A stretch of DNA of 29,753 nucleotides from a virus (Duplodnaviria; Caudoviricetes). Both the position numbers and the translations under genes were made by a program. Under the pieces are notes generated by a model, which searched no databases, was not told where the DNA came from, and was given only the letters and a program-made list of their open reading frames with translations. Numbering within the stretch: position 1 is the first letter of the stretch; each line of letters opens with the position of its first letter. The stretch is taken from the IMG/VR virus record IMGVR_UViG_3300005512_000232, positions 1 through 29,753 of that record; one strand, written 5' to 3'. Positions 25,697 through 29,753 of the stretch are shown piece by piece.

Positions 25697-25900
25697 CACC
25701 AGTAGTCACGAGCCTCCCTCAGGGATTACCTCAGACTACAAAGCTTCCCAAAGCCTAAACGACAAGTAAGAACTACCTGGACAAGTACAGGCCCGTCCCT
25801 CCCCGAGTTGGCCGACTTAGGGAGGGTACGCACCCTAGAACGTGCAGCCTCTTGATTGTGATGTTTAGCTTTCTCATCAAAGCCAAACTATCATAGGAGG
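25697..25900 (+). ncRNA. Structured ~200-nt MCP 5' leader
   Basis: Stems GCCTAAAC..GTTTAGC, CCTG..CAGG, CCCTCCC..GGGAGGG, TCCC-TCA-GGGA. Confidence 0.5.
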
Positions 25901-25907
25901 ATATAAC

Positions 25908-26981
25908 ATGGCTTTTCAATCCGCTGCAGGATGGGGTAACCTGCCCAACGGGAATTTCTCGTCGGTAATCTACTCCAAGAAGGTGCAACTTGCACTTCGC
26001 AAGTCTACCGTTGTTGGTGACATCACCAACTCTGACTACTTCGGTGAGATTGCTTCGCAGGGCGATACCGTCCGCATCATCAAGGAACCTGAAATCTCGG
26101 TCTCGTCCTACGCTCGTGGTACGCAGATCACTGCTCAGGATCTGGATGACGAAGACTTCTCGCTCGTTATCGACAAGTCGAACTACTTTGCTTTCAAAGT
26201 CGATGACATTGAAGAAGCTCACTCGCATGTGAACTTCATGGACCTGGCAACCAACCGTGCTGCCTACCGTCTTGCCGACCAGTACGACCAGGAAGTCCTG
26301 GGCTACCTGTCGGGCTACAAGCAGTCGGCTCTTCATGCTGCTGCTGACGCAGTCAATGATGTCGTCAACGGCACCAAGGCTGTGGACACTGCTGGTTCGG
26401 ACGAACTGCTTGCTTCCATGAAGCTGAACAAGGGTAAGTTTGGTAACATCACGACGACTTCGGCTGGCGATCACTCGATCCCCGTTGCTGCTCGTCTGCC
26501 TGGTGCCACTGCTCTGCCCACCGCCTACGTTTCGCCTGTCATGTTGATTAACCGTATGGGTCGTCTTCTTGACCAGCAGAACGTGGACAAGGCTGGTCGC
26601 TGGATCGTCATCGATCCGATCATGATGGAAGTCCTGATGGACGAAGACAGCCGTTTCCTGAACGCTGACTTCGGTGACTCGGGTGCTCTCCGTAATGGTC
26701 TGGCCCTGACCAACTGGAACGGCTTCCGTGTGTACGTGTCGAACAACCTGCCGCAAGTTGGCGGTGGTGCTGGCACTACGGGTACTGCAAACCAGAACAC
26801 CGACTATGGTGTTATCGTCGCTGGCCACGAGTCGGCTGTTGCAACTGCAGAGCAGATCAACAAGACCGAAACCTATCGTGACCCCGACTCGTTTGCTGAC
26901 ATCGTGCGTGGTATGCACTTGTATGGTCGTAAAATCCTCAGAAGCGAGGCGCTGGTAACAGCAAAATACAACCTCGCCTGA
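25908..26981 (+). CDS. Major capsid protein (HK97/P22-coat type); unspliced form ends at 26981, spliced form joins 25908-26930 to 27665-27715
   Basis: AGGAGG SD, strong codon bias, DYFGEI..GDTVRI, FAFKVDDIE, FADIVRGMHLYGRKILR. Confidence 0.92.
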   Translation: MAFQSAAGWGNLPNGNFSSVIYSKKVQLALRKSTVVGDITNSDYFGEIASQGDTVRIIKEPEISVSSYARGTQITAQDLDDEDFSLVIDKSNYFAFKVDDIEEAHSHVNFMDLATNRAAYRLADQYDQEVLGYLSGYKQSALHAAADAVNDVVNGTKAVDTAGSDELLASMKLNKGKFGNITTTSAGDHSIPVAARLPGATALPTAYVSPVMLINRMGRLLDQQNVDKAGRWIVIDPIMMEVLMDEDSRFLNADFGDSGALRNGLALTNWNGFRVYVSNNLPQVGGGAGTTGTANQNTDYGVIVAGHESAVATAEQINKTETYRDPDSFADIVRGMHLYGRKILRSEALVTAKYNLA

Positions 26982-27664
26982 TGCGCTTTACTAGAGTAAT
27001 CTAGTATCGAAACCCCCTTAATTCAGAGAAACCCTAAGGAGTTTGGACGACTCTATGGCAACTCTGAGCGAAGCCCGAAAGGGAACGTGCAACGACTAGG
27101 GAGCCATCCCGTACCTTCAAGTGAAGGGAAATAGGGGGAAACCGAATTGACAAACCTCGGTTTTTGATATAGTCTAATCTGCATGGAAACATGCAGCAGA
27201 GGTAAAGATGGTACAGAAAATAAAACTTCCAGAGGGTCACCCTTACAAAGATGGAAGAACTTGCACTAGCTGCGGAGAGTTTAAACCTGCCTCCCAGTTT
27301 ACATTGGAAAAAGACTCCCGAGCTTTTGGTGGAGTTGCTATGAGATCCAAGTGCAAACCCTGTAACGAGTTTCGTAAGTACAAAGGTTTTATTAAACGTA
27401 CTTATGGGATTACTTACGAGCAGTATGAAGAGTTGCTTGAACAACAAAACCATTGCTGTGCAATCTGCAAGAGTAAGGTTTCTAGTTCGAGAACAAGTAG
27501 ACTCTTCGTAGACCACTGCCATGACAGTCTAGAGGTTAGAGGGCTTTTATGTTCCTCATGCAATCACGGCCTCGGACTTTTCAAGGATAGCCCTACACTG
27601 CTTAAACGTGCCATACACTACTTAGCCTCGGGTAAAGACTAACGCTCTTTGCTGAATATAAATG
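26931..27664 (+). ncRNA. Group I self-splicing intron (IA-like) in MCP
   Basis: Exon ends in U (CGT) and intron ends in G; P2 TACTAGA-GTAA-TCTAGTA; P3 CCCCCT/AGGGGG; P AATTCAGAGAA; Q GGCAACTCTGAGC; R GTGCAACGACTA; S TGATATAGTC; P9 CTGCATG-GAAA-CATGCAG. Confidence 0.9.
27208..27642 (+). CDS. Intron-encoded endonuclease VII-family homing endonuclease
   Basis: YGITYEQY..Q..CAIC..LFVDHCH..VRGLLCSSCNHGLGLFKD; lies 3' of P9. Confidence 0.9.
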   Translation: MVQKIKLPEGHPYKDGRTCTSCGEFKPASQFTLEKDSRAFGGVAMRSKCKPCNEFRKYKGFIKRTYGITYEQYEELLEQQNHCCAICKSKVSSSRTSRLFVDHCHDSLEVRGLLCSSCNHGLGLFKDSPTLLKRAIHYLASGKD

Positions 27665-27715
27665 AAGATCCTTCGTCCTGAAGCTCTTGTGACTGCAAAA
27701 TACAACCTCGCCTGA
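27665..27715 (+). CDS. MCP 3' exon (KILRPEALVTAKYNLA*)
   Basis: In frame with exon 1 after removing 26931-27664; followed by the SD of the next gene. Confidence 0.88.
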   Translation, partial: KILRPEALVTAKYNLA

Positions 27716-27730
27716 TAGGAGAACTAAATC

Positions 27731-28216
27731 ATGGCTACTGTTACTACCCTCGCAGGTGGCGCAACCGCAGGCCGTACTGCTGGTTCCGTTCCCTATCTCG
27801 TCAGCGTAAACATTGACCTCGCTGCTGCTGCAACTGCTAAGGGTTCGGCCCTGGCTGCTGCAGACATCATCGAAGCAATCAGTGTTCCCGCAAACACCGT
27901 TGCCCTGACTGCTGGTATCGAGGTTATCTCGGCACTGGTTGGTGAGTCGGCAGACACCCGTCTTCTGTTGGGTGTCACTGGTGGTGATGTTGACGCATTC
28001 GTCGCATCCTGGGACGCAACTGCTGCTGCCGCTGGTGCTTATGCTCCTGCTGCTGCGACTGTCCCCGTTGTGTTCGGCACGGCTGACACCATCGACCTCG
28101 AAATCGACGCTGCCACGACTGCTCCGACCGCAGGTACTCTGCGTGTCTGGGCTGTCCTGATGGATGTTGATGGTCGCTATGGTGCGGCTGAAGCTGACCG
28201 TGATCAACTCGCATAA
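27731..28216 (+). CDS. Capsid decoration/cement-like protein (putative)
   Basis: Ala-rich 161 aa right after MCP, same codon bias, followed by a hairpin. Confidence 0.7.
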   Translation: MATVTTLAGGATAGRTAGSVPYLVSVNIDLAAAATAKGSALAAADIIEAISVPANTVALTAGIEVISALVGESADTRLLLGVTGGDVDAFVASWDATAAAAGAYAPAAATVPVVFGTADTIDLEIDAATTAPTAGTLRVWAVLMDVDGRYGAAEADRDQLA

Positions 28217-28222
28217 TAACAG

Positions 28223-28247
28223 AGGGGGGCTGCTTCGGTGGCCCCCC
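28223..28247 (+). terminator. GC hairpin, probable terminator or stabiliser
   Basis: GGGGGGCTGC-TTCG-GTGGCCCCCC; weak U tract. Confidence 0.6.
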
Positions 28248-28255
28248 ACTCTCCC

Positions 28256-28651
28256 ATGAGAATACTTCATTCTAAGAAAAAAGTTGAAGGTTTTGAACAC
28301 CGTATTTTTTCTTTGGATGACGTGTACTGGAAGCTGGATGAGGCTGCAGTTCTAGACCGCAAGTTTAGAGAAGCCTTATCTAAGTCGCTAGATGAACAGG
28401 GGATGCTGTGGTCTCCTATTGTGTGGAAGCAGTCTGTATTTCTCACCTACTTAAAAGAGAGTAAGAGAAGACATGACCCTGCTAAGTCCATAGAGATTGA
28501 TCTGGAGTACAGGGTTGCCATAGGCAACAACAGGTTCCACTACGCACAGCAAAGAGGTTACACTCACATAGAGTGTGTTGTAGCCGATAGATGGCAAAGC
28601 CGAGACTTAATCCTTTCTCACACTGAGATGGAATACAAGAAAGACTTTTGA
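28256..28651 (+). CDS. ParB/Srx-fold-like protein
   Basis: LSKSLDEQGMLWSPIV..YRVAIGNNRFHYAQQRGYTHIECVV. Confidence 0.6.
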   Translation: MRILHSKKKVEGFEHRIFSLDDVYWKLDEAAVLDRKFREALSKSLDEQGMLWSPIVWKQSVFLTYLKESKRRHDPAKSIEIDLEYRVAIGNNRFHYAQQRGYTHIECVVADRWQSRDLILSHTEMEYKKDF

Positions 28652-28654
28652 TAC

Positions 28655-29365
28655 ATGTCAAACTATGTCACCCTTGTCAATAAACTTCTTGTCAGACTGA
28701 ACGAGGTTACTCTTGATACTGGGGGTGACGGTTTTGATACTGTGCGTAACGTACAGCAGTTGGCAAAGAATGCCATCAATGATTCTATTAGACAGATTGC
28801 ACAGACTGGTGAGGAGTGGCCCTTCCTTAAGAACACTTACACCCAGACCCTGACTGCAGGTACGAGAACATATAATTTCCCTGCAGATGCCTCTAGCGTA
28901 GACTGGGAGAGCTTCTACCTTAAGAAACTCACCGCTGCAAACAACAACCCCAAGTTTCTCCCCGCCATTAACTACCAGAACTACACTCAGAACTTCCGGG
29001 TTCTTGATGATGAGGGTGATACGGGTTCTGGTATTACTGCTCCCGACTACGTGTATGATACGTATGGTGAGAGCTTTGGCGTCACCCCTGTTCCTGATGC
29101 TGCCTACGAGATTGAGTATGTCTACTGGAGTGTTCCGACTGACCTGAATGCTTTTAGTGACAACTGCATCATCCCTACTCGCTTCGACTACGTTATCCTT
29201 GACGGTGCCATGATGATCATGATGCGCTTCCGTAGTAACGAGCAGAGTGCTGCAGTCCACCAGAATAACTTTGATGCAGGTATCCGTACTATGCGTCGGG
29301 TTCTGATGGACCAGCCTATGACTGTCAGATCCACAGTTATCGAAGGCTCCACTAATGCCCGATAA
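28655..29365 (+). CDS. Head-tail adaptor / tail tubular protein A-like
   Basis: YVTLVNKLLVRLNEV..WPF..GVTPVPD..IPTRFDYVI; position after the capsid genes. Confidence 0.75.
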   Translation: MSNYVTLVNKLLVRLNEVTLDTGGDGFDTVRNVQQLAKNAINDSIRQIAQTGEEWPFLKNTYTQTLTAGTRTYNFPADASSVDWESFYLKKLTAANNNPKFLPAINYQNYTQNFRVLDDEGDTGSGITAPDYVYDTYGESFGVTPVPDAAYEIEYVYWSVPTDLNAFSDNCIIPTRFDYVILDGAMMIMMRFRSNEQSAAVHQNNFDAGIRTMRRVLMDQPMTVRSTVIEGSTNAR

Positions 29366-29753
29366 TCTAGCCTCCTTCAAAGTATTCTGTGCAGGGGGTT
29401 TGAACACAAGTAGGGATGTTCTGTCCCAGGGTGAGACTTCTCCTGGTAGTGCTATTGCCCTGATCAACTATGAGCCTGCTGTTACTGGTGGCTACAGGAA
29501 GATCAATGGCTATGCCAATGACTATGGCACTGTTCCTGGTTTTGGTGATGTGCTGGGTGTTTGTGTAGCTAATGGTGTCAATGCTGGTATCCTAGCCTGC
29601 CGTTACAACACCTCCAATGCCAACTACTTCTACAAGTGGAACACCTCTACAAGCTCTTGGGATACAATCACCACACCCGGTACAGTAAATGTGAGCACAG
29701 TCACTAAGGTTAGATTTTCTAAATTTAACTGGGGCACCCCTAAGGTTTTGTTA
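29355..29753 (+). CDS. Tail tubular B / stabilisation protein, 5' part (runs off the window)
   Basis: MPDNLASFKVFCAGGLNT..NYEP..GGYRKINGY; open to the window end. Confidence 0.7.
   Translation, partial: MPDNLASFKVFCAGGLNTSRDVLSQGETSPGSAIALINYEPAVTGGYRKINGYANDYGTVPGFGDVLGVCVANGVNAGILACRYNTSNANYFYKWNTSTSSWDTITTPGTVNVSTVTKVRFSKFNWGTPKVLL

Noticed and set aside
26931-27715. MCP C-terminal duplication as an assembly error
   Set aside because: The copies differ at 12 mostly synonymous positions and sit exactly at intron boundaries, unlike a mis-assembly
1-29753. tRNA, rRNA, CRISPR array, phage RNA polymerase, repressor, endolysin
   Set aside because: None recognised by eye in this window; a tRNAscan or HMM search was not possible

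Overview
Segment of a dsDNA podovirus genome, probably infecting an alphaproteobacterium of the Rhodobacterales type; host and family are inferred, not verified by search. Two divergent arms meet at a ~1.3 kb non-coding region (12283-13621) that may contain the genome ends. The minus-strand arm holds ~20 small early ORFs, a tyrosine recombinase, ThyX, a T7-type primase-helicase and a family A DNA polymerase. The plus-strand arm holds membrane/lysis genes including a u-spanin, small basic proteins, a DUF1127 protein, TerS, TerL, portal, scaffold, major capsid (MCP), a decoration protein and head-tail proteins. The most striking signal is a group I intron with an Endo VII homing endonuclease inserted 16 codons before the end of the MCP gene. 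It carries at its own 5' end a synonymously recoded copy of the 3' exon, so full-length capsid should be made with or without splicing. Two free-standing HNH cassettes show the same terminus-replacing logic: clearly at the thyX N-terminus, more weakly at the helicase C-terminus. Each of the three endonucleases has its own TTGACA promoter.
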